Assembly (NCBI RefSeq): GCF_963921235.1
Contig: NC_086097.1
Coordinates: 138,014,001-138,078,000 of the forward strand
Direction: 5' to 3'
Origin: Mobula hypostoma
Lineage: Eukaryota
Length of the DNA stretch: 64,000 nucleotides
Below the pieces are notes generated by a model, which saw only the letters and a list, made by a program, of their open reading frames with translations, did not search any database and was not told the origin of the DNA. Positions 36,553 through 50,284 of the stretch are shown in pieces; position 1 is the stretch's first letter; each line of letters starts with the position of its first letter. Made by a program: the position numbers and the translations under genes.

Positions 36553-39500
36553 GCACTGTGGCAGCACCTTCACCAGAATGACTGAAGCAGTTTAAGAAGG
36601 TGACCCACCTCACCTTCTAAAGATGTATTAGAGATGGGCAATTAATGCTGGCTTTGCCCATATCCCAAACGTAATCATTTATATCAATATTGTGTTCATA
36701 TCGTAAGTAGTGCACTCACTCGCGTCAAATACGATGTTCTCCAAAGGAGTTGTCTGTTGGTAGGTCAGTTGTGGAGACGGATCGGGGATTCACATAACCA
36801 GGATGTCGGGATGGATTCCCTTAGTGGGAAACGCATCTGCGTGATTTTACCTAATGTGGGAGGCTGATGCATGGGCAACCACCCCACGGTCTGTGACAGA
36901 TCGGGGTCAGGGTCCGGGGGCATGGAATGCAAGATGACTGGGGACTCCTTGCTACTGTTGTGATGTGTTGTTATCTTCCACCAGCTCCACCTTCGAGGTT
37001 TTGGTCGTGCATTCATAAAAAATCCTAATTCCAAAGCCTGCAGGAGTTTCTAGTCAATATTTCAGGGGGGGTGTCTAAACTAAAATCACTACCCTGAAGT
37101 TTCTATGGGTTTTGAAGTTTCTGTGAACATGTTGTACATTTATTATTCCTTCAGTAATGTATCTCAAGTTCTGGTTGGAAATAGGACCATGATAAGAATA
37201 ATTATGTCATCTTGGTCTCTGTTCCCAAATCTCAGCCTTGGCTTCTGTTTGTCCTAGGAGAGTTAAGCTGTAAAATCCATTCTATAAAATCACATCTCTG
37301 GTACAAATTAACGTCAGGATTAATGTATGTCAGCAGAACATTGGCACCAACATTTCAGGGAAAGGAGATATGCAGCCATAACTAATTGTTCATGGGAATG
37401 GTCATGAAACTGGCACATAAGCCAGCAGCACACTATGGACCATTAATCCAATTCATATTTGAATTCCCAGGAATCCTAGATTCCATCCAATGCACCCTTC
37501 CTGTGTTTTGGACTGTGCATGAGAAGGTCCATTAAACTGATGTGATCAACAGCCAAGTAGCTTGATGGACCTTACATCAAGTCTCTCATCAAATCGTAGC
37601 CCACTAATGTACTTGACATGGTCCGTTCCTTCTCCCACAGTCCATCTTTTTGCTGAGGCTCCTCCTCCACGATGAGGCACCCACCTCCCCCACCGTCATC
37701 AATGAATGAAACAACCCCAGCTTCAGGACTGAGGCAGGACTCAGCATTTGAAACTTTCCCAGCTCGCTGCATGATAAATAATCTGTTTGCCAGCTCAGCG
37801 CTTCAGCATCAGCAGAGCAGAAGTACAACTGTGGCATGTGAAGGTTACAGGGGGAAGCTGTGGATACACCCGAAGAAAGGAGCACGAGGAGACGATTCAT
37901 GCCTCGCGTCCGCCCTGTTATTCAGTCTGATCACAGAAGGTGCCTCGGGACCATTTTCATTCACGATCTCCATATCCTCCTCCTCCCAAAGCGTCCCTGA
38001 CCCTAATCTTGAACACATCAACAATGGAGTGTCTCCAGCTCTCTGTGGTGGACAATGTCATGGTATTCTAACCTCTTGGAGAACATGTCCTCACCTTACC
38101 CCTCAACATGAACCTTAACTCCAAGCAACCAGGAAAATCGCCCTCACATCATTCAGCCTGTCAAACCCCTTAAGAATCAAGTGTAGCCCGTCTGTCAGTT
38201 CCACGTCACAGGGCCAGATTCATCATTCCAGGTCTGAATGTCATGAGCTTGACAGCTCATGTCCTGCTCTGACATGGGCTACGCTGGCCCACTGTTGCTG
38301 TACACGTGGACTGCAGTACTGGAGAAAGGACACAGTTCAGAGACAATAACCTCCAGGAAGCAGCACACAACATCGCTAGTAAGTTCATCAAGAGCCAAGT
38401 CACAAGCAAGACAGCTCTCTCAGTTGAACACAACAAATCTGACGGCAACTGTTTGAGGAAGAGCAGCAGAGTTATCCCACGATCACCATCACAATGACAG
38501 ACATCTCACAGAGATCTGGAGATCTTGCTCCTTTTACAGCACTGTATCAGCCACTATATTTACAGTCCAGTTGGATACACTGGCCCGAGACCAGCACAAT
38601 GCAGACTGACCACAATAGTGACACAATCGATTCTGCAGATGCTGGAAATCTTGAGCAAGACGCACATAATGCTAGAGGAACTCAGCAAGACGAGCTGCAT
38701 CTCTGGGTAGAAATGGATAGTCAACTCAATAAAATCAACTGTATAATTCACTCTATAGATTCTGAATGAACTGCTGGGTCCCTCCAGCATTTTTTGAGTG
38801 TTGGCCAAAAAAAAAAGTAACAGATTGCTAGGGCTTAATTTGCCTGAACTTGCACTGATATCGTAAGTATCTGTTTACTTTGTCACGCAAGTTGTATAAC
38901 TTATGTTAATTTGATTACATAATTTATGTTTGTAATGTGCTGTGCTGATGCTGCAACCATTTTCATGGCATTTATACCTTCAATCATTTCCTCCCCATAA
39001 CCTACGAAGTCTTTAATCTCTACAAATTTGTCCTACTCCTTCAATACATTCAGCAACATGGCCTCCACTGCCCTCTGCGGTAAAGAATTCCCAAGGTTCA
39101 GCAATAAAGAAATCTCACCCATTACGATTTACAGGAATGACCTTAGACCTAGATCCCAGCAAGGGGAATATCCGATTTGTATCCAACCTGCCCAGCCCTG
39201 TCAGATCCTTATGTTTCAGTGTGGTCAGTTCTCATTCTCCTAGCCACCCCAATGTCTCCTTAGGAACCAGGAACCATCTTGGTGGATCCTATTGCACTTC
39301 TCTCTGGGAAGGACTTACTAGTAAGACCAAAATCACATAGTGAGGTATGACCTCAACAAGGCCCTATGCAAATCCAGTTTCTGACCTTTGTTATCGTAAA
39401 GGAAACCTTGTCACTGCTCTTTAGATATTTGACAGTGAATTTAAACTTCTAATCTGCTGTGACTAATTCATTCATCAATAAGGTCTTATTAAAACCTATG

Positions 39501-40412
39501 TCACCTTAGATACCATGAACAGGTTTCCCACTTAACCCTCTGCTAGCAGCTTTGTTTCAGCTGTTCAAATTTACAACGTATTGTACTGGCAATCAACTAA
39601 TTCAGTGGGACACAAAGGCCATTAAGCTAAGGGATTTATTACATTGATACCATGGAGGTAGACAGCCAAGAGAGAAGAGGATTGTAAGGCTAAAAGGAGT
39701 TTTGAAGGAGGAGTCCAAAGTCCCAGGGGAATTCCTTTTGAAGTCATTTAAGGGAATCTTGTACCGGTCAAGGGGTATTAATTTAGGCGCCTGTTCACAG
39801 CGATGGAGAGAATAGGTGATGGCTTGCAAATCAGTAAAAGGTCCTTCCGAAGAACAAAGGCAGAATGCAGTGATTCACAATCCTCTGACAGGAAACATTT
39901 TCTTTCATCTCTGTTGTAAGTGGGAAACTCCTTTTTTGAATAATGTTCTCCCCACAAGAGGGAACATCCTCTCCGCCCGCACCCAGTCAAGATCCTATAT
40001 GTTTCAATCAAGTTCCTTTTCACTCTGCTGAACAAGCCTCATCTGGCCAAACCTTTATCAGAAGATAATCCAGGTATCAATTCAGTAAATCTTTTAAAGG
40101 TTCCACCACATAAACTTTACAAAGGAAAAGCTGCAGAAAGTTGTAAACTCAGCTTCACCAGCATCAAGCATGTCTTTAAAAGGTAATGCTTCATGAAGGT
40201 GACATCCATCATTAAGCACCCAAATCTCCCAGGATATTCCGTTGGGGGGGGGGGAGGTACAGGAGCCTGAAGGCTGATGCTCAATGTTTCACAAACACCT
40301 TCTTCCCCTGTGCCATCTGATTTCTGAATGGACAATGAACCCATGAACACCACCTCAGCTTTATTTAGTTTGCTCCCTTTTTGTATTACTTAATCAATTT
40401 ATTTTTTTAATA

Positions 40413-40846
40413 AACAACACACATCAAAGTTGCTGGTGAACACAGCAGGCCAGGCAGCATCTCTAGAAAGAGGTACAGTCGACGTTTCAGGCCGAGACCC
40501 TTCGTCAGGACTAACTGAGGGAAGAGTGAGTAAGGGATTTGAAAGTGGGAGGGGGAGGTGGAGATCCAAAATGATAGGAGAAGACAGGAGGGGGAGGGAT
40601 GGAGCCAAGAGCTGGACAGGTGATTGGCAAAGGGGATACGAGAGGATCATGGGACAGGAGGCCTAGGGAGAAAGACGGGGGGCGGGGGGGGACCCAGAGG
40701 ATGGGCAAGGGGTATAGTCAGAGGGACAGAGGGAGAAAAAGGAGAGAGAGAGAAAGAATGTGTGTATAAAAGTAAGTAACAAATAACTGCGTAAGTTACA
40801 AAAGTAAGTAAGTACGTCCGGTGTTCCCGATTTGTGCTCTGGATCC
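40413..40846 (-). mobile_element. PLE 3'UTR/terminal-repeat insertion with an intact hammerhead motif
   Basis: Closely matches 58890-59250. Flanked by ATTTTTTTAATA (40401-40412) and ATTTCTTTAATA (40847-40858), a probable TSD. Confidence 0.85.
40477..40512 (-). ncRNA. Minimal type I hammerhead ribozyme motif
   Basis: AGUC-CUGACGA-A-GGGU-CUCG-GCCU-GAA-ACGU-C-GACU: stem I AGUC/GACU, stem II GGGU/GCCU, palindromic ACGU stem III, GUC cleavage triplet. Confidence 0.8.
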
Positions 40847-40943
40847 ATTTCTTTAATATATTCCTTATTGTAATTGTACAATTTTTAAAAATTATTATGA
40901 ACTACAATGTATTGCTGCTGCAAGACAACAAACATCACAACAT

Positions 40944-43900
40944 CCAGGGTGGCAATCTCAGGATTGCTACCCCTGCCACGTGCTAGTGAGGCTAGAAATA
41001 GGAAGATAATGCAGCTAAATACGTGGCTAAGGAGATGGTGCAGGAGGGAGGGCTTCATGTTTCTGGACAATTGGGCCTTGTTCCAGGGAAGGTGGGACCT
41101 GTTCCGACGGGACGGGTTGCACCTGAACTGGAGGGGGGCTAACATCCTTGCAGGAAGGTTTGCTAGTGCTGCTCTGGGGGGGGGGTTAAACTAGATTTGC
41201 AGGGGGAGGGGAACCAAGTGTTAGAGCAGATAGTGAGGTGGAGCAGGATAAAGGTCATGCGAGAACTGCAAGTATACATGTAGTGCATGGAGTAAAGCTC
41301 GATCTAACATATAAAGAGGTTTTGAGGAAAGAGAAGCAGAAAAAATGGTGTAAAGGTAGGAAGGTAGAAGGGCTAAAGTGCGTGTACTTCAATGCAAGAA
41401 GCATCAGGAACAAAGGTGATGAACTGAGAGCTTGGATACATACATGGAATTATGAAGTAGTGGCCATTACAGAGACTTGGCTGGCACCAGGGCAGGAATG
41501 GATTCTCAATATTCCTGGATTTCAGTGCTTTAAAAGGGATAGAGAGGGGGGAAAAGGGGAGGAGGGGTTGCATTTCTGGTCAGGGATACTATTACAGCTA
41601 CAGAAGGGGTGGTTAATGTAGCAGGATCCTCTTTTGAGTCAATATTGGTGGAAGTCAGGAACAGGAAGGGAGCAGTTACTCTATTGGGAGTATTCTATAG
41701 GCCCCCTGGTAGCAGCAGAGATACTGAGGAGCAGATTGGGAGGCAGGTTTTGGAAAGGTGCAAAAATAACAGGGTTGTTATAATGGGTGACTTTAACTTC
41801 CCTAATATTGATTGGCACCTGATTAGTTCCAATGGTTTAGACGGGGCAGAGTTTGTTAAGTGTGTCCAGGACGTATTCTTGTCACAGTATGTTGACAGGC
41901 CGACTAGGGGGAATGCCATACTAGATCTAGTATTAGGTAACGAACCGGGTCAGGTCACAGATCTGTCAGTGGGTGAGCATCTGGGGGACAGTGACCACCG
42001 CTCCCTGGCCTTTAACATTATCATGGAAAAGGATAGAATCAGAGAGGACAGGAAAATTTTTAATTGGGGAAGGGCAAATTATGAGGCTATAAGGCTAGAA
42101 CTTGCGGGTGTGAATTGGGATGATGTTTTTGCAGGGAAATATACTATGGACATGTGGTCGATGCTTAGGGATCTCTTGCAGGATGTTAGGGATAAATTTG
42201 TCCTGGTGAGGAAGATAAAGAATGGTAGGGTGAAGGAACCATGGGTGACAAGTGAGGTGGAAAATCTAGTCAGGTGGAAGAAGGCATCATACATGAGGTT
42301 TAGGAAGCAAGGATCAGATGGGTCTATTGAGGAATATAGGGTAGCAAGAAAGGAACTTAAGAAAGTGCTGAGGAGAGCAAGAAAGGGGCATGAGAAGGCC
42401 TTGGCAAGTAGGGTAAAGGAAAACCCCAAGGCATTCTTCAATTACGTGAAGAACAAAAGGATGACAGGAGTGAAGGTAGGACCGATTAGAGATAAAGGTG
42501 GGAAGATGTGCCTGGAGGCTGTGGAAGTGAGCGAGGTCCTCAATGAATACTTCTCTTCGGTATTCACCAATGAGAGGGAACTTGGTGATGGTGAGGACAA
42601 TATGAGTGAGGTTGATGTTCTGGAGCATGCTGATATTAAGGGAGAGGAGGTGTTGGAGTTGTTAAAATACATTAGGACGGATAAGTCCCCGGGGCCTGAT
42701 GGAATATTCCCCAGGCTGCTCCATGAGGCGAGGGAAGAGATTGCTGAGCCTCTGGCTGGGATCTTTATGTCCTCGTTGTCCACGGGAATAGTACCGGAGG
42801 GTTGGAGGGAGGCGAATGTTGTCCCCTTGTTCAAAAAGGTAGTAGAGATAGTCTGGGTAATTATAGACCAGTGAGCCTTGCATCTGTGGTGGGAAAGCTG
42901 TTGGAAAAGATTCTTAGAGATAGGATCTATGGGCATTTAGAGAATCATGGTCTGATCAGGGACAGTCAGCATGGCTTTGTGAAGGGCAGATCATGTCTAA
43001 CAAGCCTGGTAGAGTTATTTGAGGAGGTGACCAGGCATATAGATGAGAGTAGTGCAGTGGATGTGATCTACATGGATTTTAGGAAGGCATTTGACAAGGT
43101 TCCACATGGTAGGCTTATTCAGAAAATCAGAAGGCATGGGATCCAGGGAAGTTTGGCCAGGTGGATTCAGAATTGGCTTGCCTGCAGAAAGCAGAGGGTC
43201 GTGGTGGAGGGAGTACATTCAGATTAGAGGGTTGTGACTAGTGGTGTCCCACAAGGATCTGTTCTGGGACCTCTTCTTTTCGTGATTTTTATTAACTACC
43301 GGATGTGGGGGTAGAAGGGTGGGTTGGCAAGTTTGTAGATGACACAAAGGTTAGTGGTGTTGTGGATAGTGTAGAGGATTGTCAAAGATTGCAGAGACAT
43401 TGATAGGATGCAGAAGTGGGCTAAGAAGCGGCAAATGGAGTTCAACCCGGAGAAGTGTGAGGTGGTACACTTTGGAAAGACAAACTCCAAGGCAGAGTAC
43501 AAAGTAAATGGCAGGATACTTGGTAGTGTGGAGGAGCAGAGGGATATGGGGGTACATGTCCACAGATCCCTGAAAGTTACCTCACAGGTAGATAGGGTAG
43601 TTAAGAAAGCTTACGGGGTGTTAGCCTTCATAAGTCGAGGGATAGAGTTTAAGAGTCGTGAGATAATGATGCAGCTCTATAAAACTCTGGTTAGGCCACA
43701 CTTGGAGTATTGTGTCCAGTTCTGGTCGCCTCACTATAGGAAGAATGTGGAAGCATTGGAAAGGGTACAGAGGAGATTTATCAGGATGCTTCCTGTTTTA
43801 GAGAGTATGCATTATGATCAGAGATTAAGGGAGCTAGGGCTTTACTCTTTGGAGAGAAGGAGGATGAGAGGAGACATGATAGAGGCATACAAGATATTAA

Positions 43901-44226
43901 GAGGAATAGATAGAGTGGACAGCCAGCGCCTCTTCCCAGGGCACCACTGCTCAATACAAGAGGACATGCCTTTAAGGTAAGGGGTGGGAAGTTCTAGGGG
44001 GACATTAGAGGAAGGTTTTTTACTCAGAGAGTGGTTCGTGCGTGGAATGCACTGCCAGAGTCAGTGGTGGAGGCAGATACACTAGTGAAATTTAAGAGAC
44101 TACTAGACAGGTATATGGAGGAATCTAAGGTGGGGGCTTAGTTGGGATGCAGGGTTTGAGGGTCAGCACAACATTATGGGCCGAGGGCCTGTACTGTGCT
44201 GTAGTATTCTATGTTCTGTGTTCTAT
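40944..44226 (+). mobile_element. Long, young CR1 LINE (ORF1 esterase C-terminus plus disrupted ORF2)
   Basis: ORF1 SGLLP...NTWLRRWCRREGF...DGLHLNWRG; APE endonuclease YFNARSI, ITETW, YRPP, GDFNFP, SDH; RT KSPGPDGI, NYRPVSL, QHGF, DFRKAFDKVPH. A few frameshifts and a stop at 43225-43227; ttctatgttctgtgttctat tail. Confidence 0.96.
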
Positions 44227-44659
44227 ATGCCAGTGATATTAAACTGATTTGTCACATGTACATTGAAACAGAGTGAAATGTGTCACTTGTGTCAAACCAG
44301 ATCAGCAAAGTCTATGCTGGGCAGTCCGCAAGTGTTGCCATACTACCGGTGTTAAAACAACATGCCCACAACTCACTAACCTTAACCCGTACATCTTTGG
44401 ACTGTGGGAGGAAACTGGAGCAGCTGGGGGAAACCCACGTAGTCATAGGGAGAGCGTACCAACTCCTTACAGACAGCAGAGGGAATCGAACCTTAACTTT
44501 ACAGTGTTATGCTGACCACAGTGCTACCTTGACGTTACCCCCATCACACACCTTCTGGGAATCCAAGTAGAGGACCCAGTCCGACACAGGTTACTTCTTC
44601 AAACGTCTCCAGTAAACACCATTTCCCATTGACAAAATCACGTTGACTTTGCTGATTCT

Positions 44660-44900
44660 TGAGCAACACACACAGAATGCTGGAGGAACTCAGCAGGTCA
44701 GGCAGCGTCTATGGAGGGGAATAAGCAATTGACATTTTGGGTCGAGACCCTGCATCAGGACTGAAAGTGAAGAGGGCAGAGGCCAGAAAAAGAAGGCGGT
44801 GAGAGGAGAAGGAGTACAAGCTGGCAGGTATTAGGTGAAACCATGGTAAAGTGGGTGGGAGAGAGAGGGGATGAAGTAAGAAGCTGGGAGCTGATAGGCT
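44660..44900 (-). mobile_element. Degenerate PLE terminal fragment with decayed hammerhead (44727-44762)
   Basis: Minus strand AGTC-CTGATGC-A-GGGT-CTCG-ACCC-AAAATGTC; flanks match the other PLE ends. Confidence 0.7.
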
Positions 44901-45156
44901 GAAGAGCTTCAATATTTCTGCGCTGTGTTATTGAATCTCTATATATAGCTCCACTGTTACCCCATGGCAGAGAGCAGAGTAAGAGAAAGAGAAGAAGAAA
45001 GAGACAAAATGCCCACTGATCTGCTGCAGATATGTTCCAGTGGAGATGTGCTAGTTGAAGGTGTAATGAATATTACATCAGGCAAACCATCATTGTTCCA
45101 TGGCTGCAACTTACTACAGACTGATCTCGATCAGGCCTGGTGGCTTCTGGGAGATA

Positions 45157-45200
45157 CACACACACACGCACGCACGCACACACACACACACACACACACA
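45157..45200. repeat. (CA)n microsatellite
   Basis: CA run with CGCA interruptions. Confidence 0.9.
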
Positions 45201-46846
45201 TTCTCTCAACCATGTGGCTTCCGCTCTGTTTCTGCCATGACATCTGTGGAAAGGTTTACTAACGAAGGCAATAGTCATCCCCTGGGGAATGTAGATATGA
45301 GCTCATTCACTCTCAGGAGAAAATCTGACTCATGGTCGAATAAATCAAACACATCAAGTGTGGCTGAATTCCAGCACCATCAGCTGGCTGGGCTTTATGG
45401 AATATCTGGTGTATTAGTAACATGAAGATTATTCAGGAAATATAATGCCAACAATATTGCATTTTCTTTGATTAGATCGGGAGGAATTATTGTTGTCTGG
45501 AGGGAAGAAATTCCTTGCTACAGGGCCTTCAGAAGAGGACAGTGACTGAATTACATGGAAGACTTTCTAACAGGTGAGCAGGGGCACCTGGAAGTGGTTG
45601 AATGCCTGGACTCTGAGGGGTATCAATGGACTACAACCCACTGGGGTTTTCCAAATTCTGCATCAGGGCAGTTGTAGTGTGCCAGCATCAGAAGCCATAA
45701 CCTGTGGAATAGGCAAACAGGGAATAATGGACGTGCTGCATAGGGCTTACAGAAGGTCCTCTATCAGGTGCTACTCAAGAGGGAAAGCACTGTTGTTGTC
45801 CTAACTGCTCTCCTGATTCCTCCCGTTGAATGTTCAGGAGAACCCTGTTCATACAGAGCTGGTCCAACACATCCTCCTCCTCTCAGTGACATCCTCTGAT
45901 GCTGAGTTCCTCAAACAAAATAGAATCTCTGTGATTCTCTCTACCTCTCTCATTCCTTCTCCATCTGCTTGCTTCCCTGCCAATCTGCTTTCACTCCTTT
46001 TCAATCTCAAACTTCAAAGTTCAAAGTAAATTTATTATCAAAGTAGGTATATGTCATCGTACACTATCCAGAGATTCATTTTCTTCCAGGCATTCATAGT
46101 AGAACAACGAAGTGCAAAAGAACCAGTGAAAAACTGCATGCAAGCAAGGACTGATAAGCAACCAATGTGCAAAAGAAGACAAACTCCAAATACACAAAAA
46201 AAAAATCAAACCAGCAAGCAAATAAATAGATAACTAAATAAAAATACTGAGACCATGAATTGTTCAATGTCTTCAATGATCAGTCTAGTGTTAAGGTCAG
46301 TGAAGTTGTCCACACTGCCTCAGGAACCTAACAGCTGAAGTCATAATTGTTCCTGAACTTGGTAGTGTGGGGCCTAAGACTCCTGTACCTCCTTCCCGAT
46401 GGCAGCAGTGAGAATCTTACCGACTTTCTCTCTGCATTTGTCTATTTCTGCCTCTCTTACCATTTCACTCTTCATTTCCTGTTTTGCTTTCCCACTTTCT
46501 TCTTGTTCTATTCCTTTCACCAGCTCATTGATTTAATCTCTGACTCTTTCCACTGTCACTTTGTTCCCTTATCTCTCTACTCCCTCTTTCCATTTGTCCC
46601 TCTTGCTCTGTCTCACTTTCTCCCCGTCCCTCATTCGTAGTTTTTGTCCCTTTCTCTGTCTCTCACTTGCTGCACTCATCCCCCTCGGATATGAGAAAGG
46701 GAAACCCAGTGCTGAGTCAGGCTGGGAAGAGACAGGAGATAGGTATACGCAAAGGCTCAAGTGGCCTCCATGTTGCAAGGAAATATGATAGTATAGAATG
46801 CTCCATATTCGTGGAGGAATTTTTAAATTTATCCCATCTCATATTT

Positions 46847-49800
46847 AAGACCATAAGACCATAAGACAAAGGAGCAGAAGTCGGCCATTCGGCCCATCGA
46901 GTCTGCTCTGCCATTTTATCATGAGCTGATCCAGTCTCCCATTTAGTCCCACTCCCCCGCCTTCTCACCATAACCTTTGATGCCCTGGTTACTCAGATAC
47001 CTATCAATCTCTGCCTTAAATACACCCAATTACTTGGCCTCCACTGCTGCCCATGGCAACAAATTCCATAGATTCACCACCCTCTGACTAAAAAAAATTT
47101 CTTCGCATTTCTGTTCTGAATGGGCGCCCTTCAATCCTTAAGTCATGCCCTCTCGTACTAGACTCCCCCATCATGGGAAACAACTTTGCCACATCCATGC
47201 CTTTCAACATTCAAAATGTTTCTATGAGGTCTCCCCTCACTCTTCTAAACTCCAAGGAATACAGTCCAAGAGCCAAAAACGTTCCTCATATGTTAGCCCT
47301 CTCATTCCCGGAATCATTCTCGTGAATCTTCTCTGTACCCTCTCCAACGTCAGCACATCCTTTCTTAAATAAGGAGACCAAAACTGCCCACAGTACTCCA
47401 AGTGAGGTCTCACCAGTGCCTTATAGAGCCTCAACATCACATCCCTGCTCCTAAACTTTATTCCTCTAGAAATGAATGCTAACATTGCATTCGCCTTCTT
47501 CACTACCAACTCAACCTGGAGGTTAACCTTAAGGGTATCCTGTACGAGGGCTCCCAAGTCCCGTTGCATCTCAGAACTTTGAATTCTTTCCCCATTTAAA
47601 TAATAGTCTGCCTGTTTATTTCTTCTGCCAAAGTGCATAACCATACACTTTCCAACAGTGTATTTCATTTGCCACTTCTTTGCCCATTCTTCCAATCTAT
47701 CCAAGTCTCTCTGCAGACTCTCTGTTTCCTCAGCACTACCGGCCCCTCCACCTATCTTCGTATCGTCAGCAAACTTAGCCACAAAGCCATCTATTCCATA
47801 ATCCAAATCATTGATGTACAATGTAAAAAGAAGCGGCCCCAACACTGATCCCTGCAGAACACCACTGGTAACCGGCAGCCAACCAGAATAGGATCCCTTT
47901 ATTCCCACTCTCTGTTTCCTGCCAATCAGCCAACGCTCTATCCACGTATGTAACTTTCCCATAATTCCATGGGCTTTTATCTTGTTGAGTAGCCTCATGT
48001 GTGGCACCTTGTCAAAGACCTTCTGAAAATCCAAATATACAACATCCACCGCATCTCCCTTGTCTAGCCTACTTGTAATCTCCTCAAAAAATTGTAATAG
48101 GTTTGTCAGGCAGGATTTTCCTTTAGGAATCCATGCTGAGTTCTGCCTATCTTGTCATATGCCTCCAGGTACTCTGTAACCTCATCCTTGACAATCGACT
48201 CCAACAACTTCCCAACCGCCGATATCAAGCTGACAGGTCTATAATTTCCTTTTTGCTTTCTTGCCCCCTTCTTAAATAGTGGAATGACATTTGCAATCTT
48301 CCAGTCTTCCGGAACCATGCCAGAATCTATCGACTTTTGAAAGATCATCGTTAAAGCCTCCGCAATCTCCACAGCTACTTCCTTCAGAAAATGAGGGTGC
48401 ATTCCATCTGGTCCGGGAGATTTATCTACCTTTAGACTATTCAGCTTTCAGAGTACTTTCTCTGTCGTAATTGTGACTGCGTACACTTCTCTTCCCTGCC
48501 ACCCTTGAGTGTCCGGTATGCTGCTGATGTTTTCCTCAGTGAAGACTGATGCAAAATACTCATTCAGTTTCTCCTCCATTTCCTTATCTCCCATTACAAT
48601 TTCTCCAGCATCATTTTCTATCAGTCCTATATCTACTCTCACCTGTCTTTTTCTCTTTATATACTTGAAAAAGCTTTTAGTATCCTCTTTGATGTTATTT
48701 GCTAGCTTCCTTTCATAGTTAATCTTTTTCCTCTTAATGACCTTCTTAGTTTCCTTTTGTAAGGTTTTAAAAACTTCCCAATCCTCTGTCTTCCCACTAA
48801 TTTTTGCTTCCTTGTATGCCCTCTCCTTTGCTTTAACTTTGGCTTTGACTTCTCTTGTCAACCATGGTTGCATCCTTTTTCCACTGGAAAATTTCTTCTT
48901 TTTTGGAATATACCTGACTTGCACATTCCTCATTTCTCGCATAAACTCCAGCCACTGCTGCTCTGCCGTCTTTCCCACCAGTGTCCCTTTCCAGTCAACT
49001 TTGGCCAGTTCCTCTCTCATGCCACTGTAATTTCCTTTACTCCACTGAAATACCGACACATCAGATTTCAGCTTCTCTTTTTCAAATTTCACAGTGAACT
49101 CAATCATGTTATGATCACTGTCTCCTAAGGGTTCCTTCACCTCAATCTCTCTAATTACCTCCGGTTCATTACACAATACCCAATCCAGTACAGCCTATCC
49201 CCTAGTGGGCTCAACAACAAGCTGTTCTAAAAAGCCATCTCGCAGACATTCTACAAATTCTCTCTCTTGAGATCTAGTGCCGACCTGATTTTCCCAATCC
49301 ATTCGCATGTTAAAATCCCCCACAATTATCATAACACTGCCCTTCTGATAAGCCTTTTCTATTTCCTGTTGTAATTTGTAGTCCACATCACTGCAGCTGT
49401 TTGGAGGCCTATAAATAACTGCCATCAGGGTCCTTTTACCCCTGTGATTTCTTAGCTTCCGGTCCTATATCACCTCTTTCTAATGATTTAATATCATTTC
49501 TTACCAATAAAGCCAGGCCTCCCCCTCTGCCTACCTTCCTATCCTTCTGATACACCGTGTATCCTTGGACGTTCAGCTCCCGGAGACATGCATCCTTTAG
49601 CCATGTCTCAGTGATGGCCACAATATCATACCTGCCAATCTGTAGCTGTACAACAAGATCATCCACCATGCATTTAAGTATAACACCTTAAGACCAGTAT
49701 TTGGTACTTTTCACTTTGTTTTCACTGCAACTTTATTGCACTGCAACTCATCCCAATGGCTACAAATTGGCCCCATCACCTGCCTGTCTTTCCTGACATC

Positions 49801-50015
49801 TTTACTGCTCACAATCTTAGTTTTATTTCTGTTTTTCCCTTCCTCCACTCTATCATTTCAGTTCCCATCCCCCTGCCAAATTAGTTTGAACCCTCCCTAA
49901 CAGCTCTATTAAACTCTCCCGCCAGGATATTGGTCCCCTTCTGGTTCAGGTGTAACCTGTCCATTTTGAACAGGTCATACTTCCCCCAGAAGAGATCCCA
50001 ATTATCCAAGAATTT
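46847..50015 (-). mobile_element. Long CR1 LINE (ORF1 end and disrupted ORF2)
   Basis: (taagacca)n tail at 46847; ORFs 47237-48049, 48106-48402, 48448-49176, 49195-49425 and 49436-49669 give RT (GVLQGSVLGP, KFADD) and APE (ITETW, YRPP, GDFN, SDH) motifs. Confidence 0.96.
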
Positions 50016-50284
50016 GAGCCCAATGAGCTGTAAAATCAGGGATTCTTCATAAAAATTGGAGAAACCAGTTGGGATATTTCTGAATGTTCACTTCAGGTAT
50101 GTTACAGCAGCATTCAATAGTAGTTCAATCAAAGCAACTAACTGGTCAGTGTGAGCAGCAGCTTCCCAATAGCCGACTGTTGTTCAGACCTTTGCTTATT
50201 GATCCATTCAAGCAAGTTCAAATCATTTGGAAAATACTGTAAACAGTACTGGCCAATAAAAGGCACTCAGCCACCAAACATGTC

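Noticed and set aside
41609..42874. 421-aa ORF as a host or domesticated gene
   Set aside because: Fragment of CR1 ORF2 bounded by frameshifts within an ordinary young CR1 copy.
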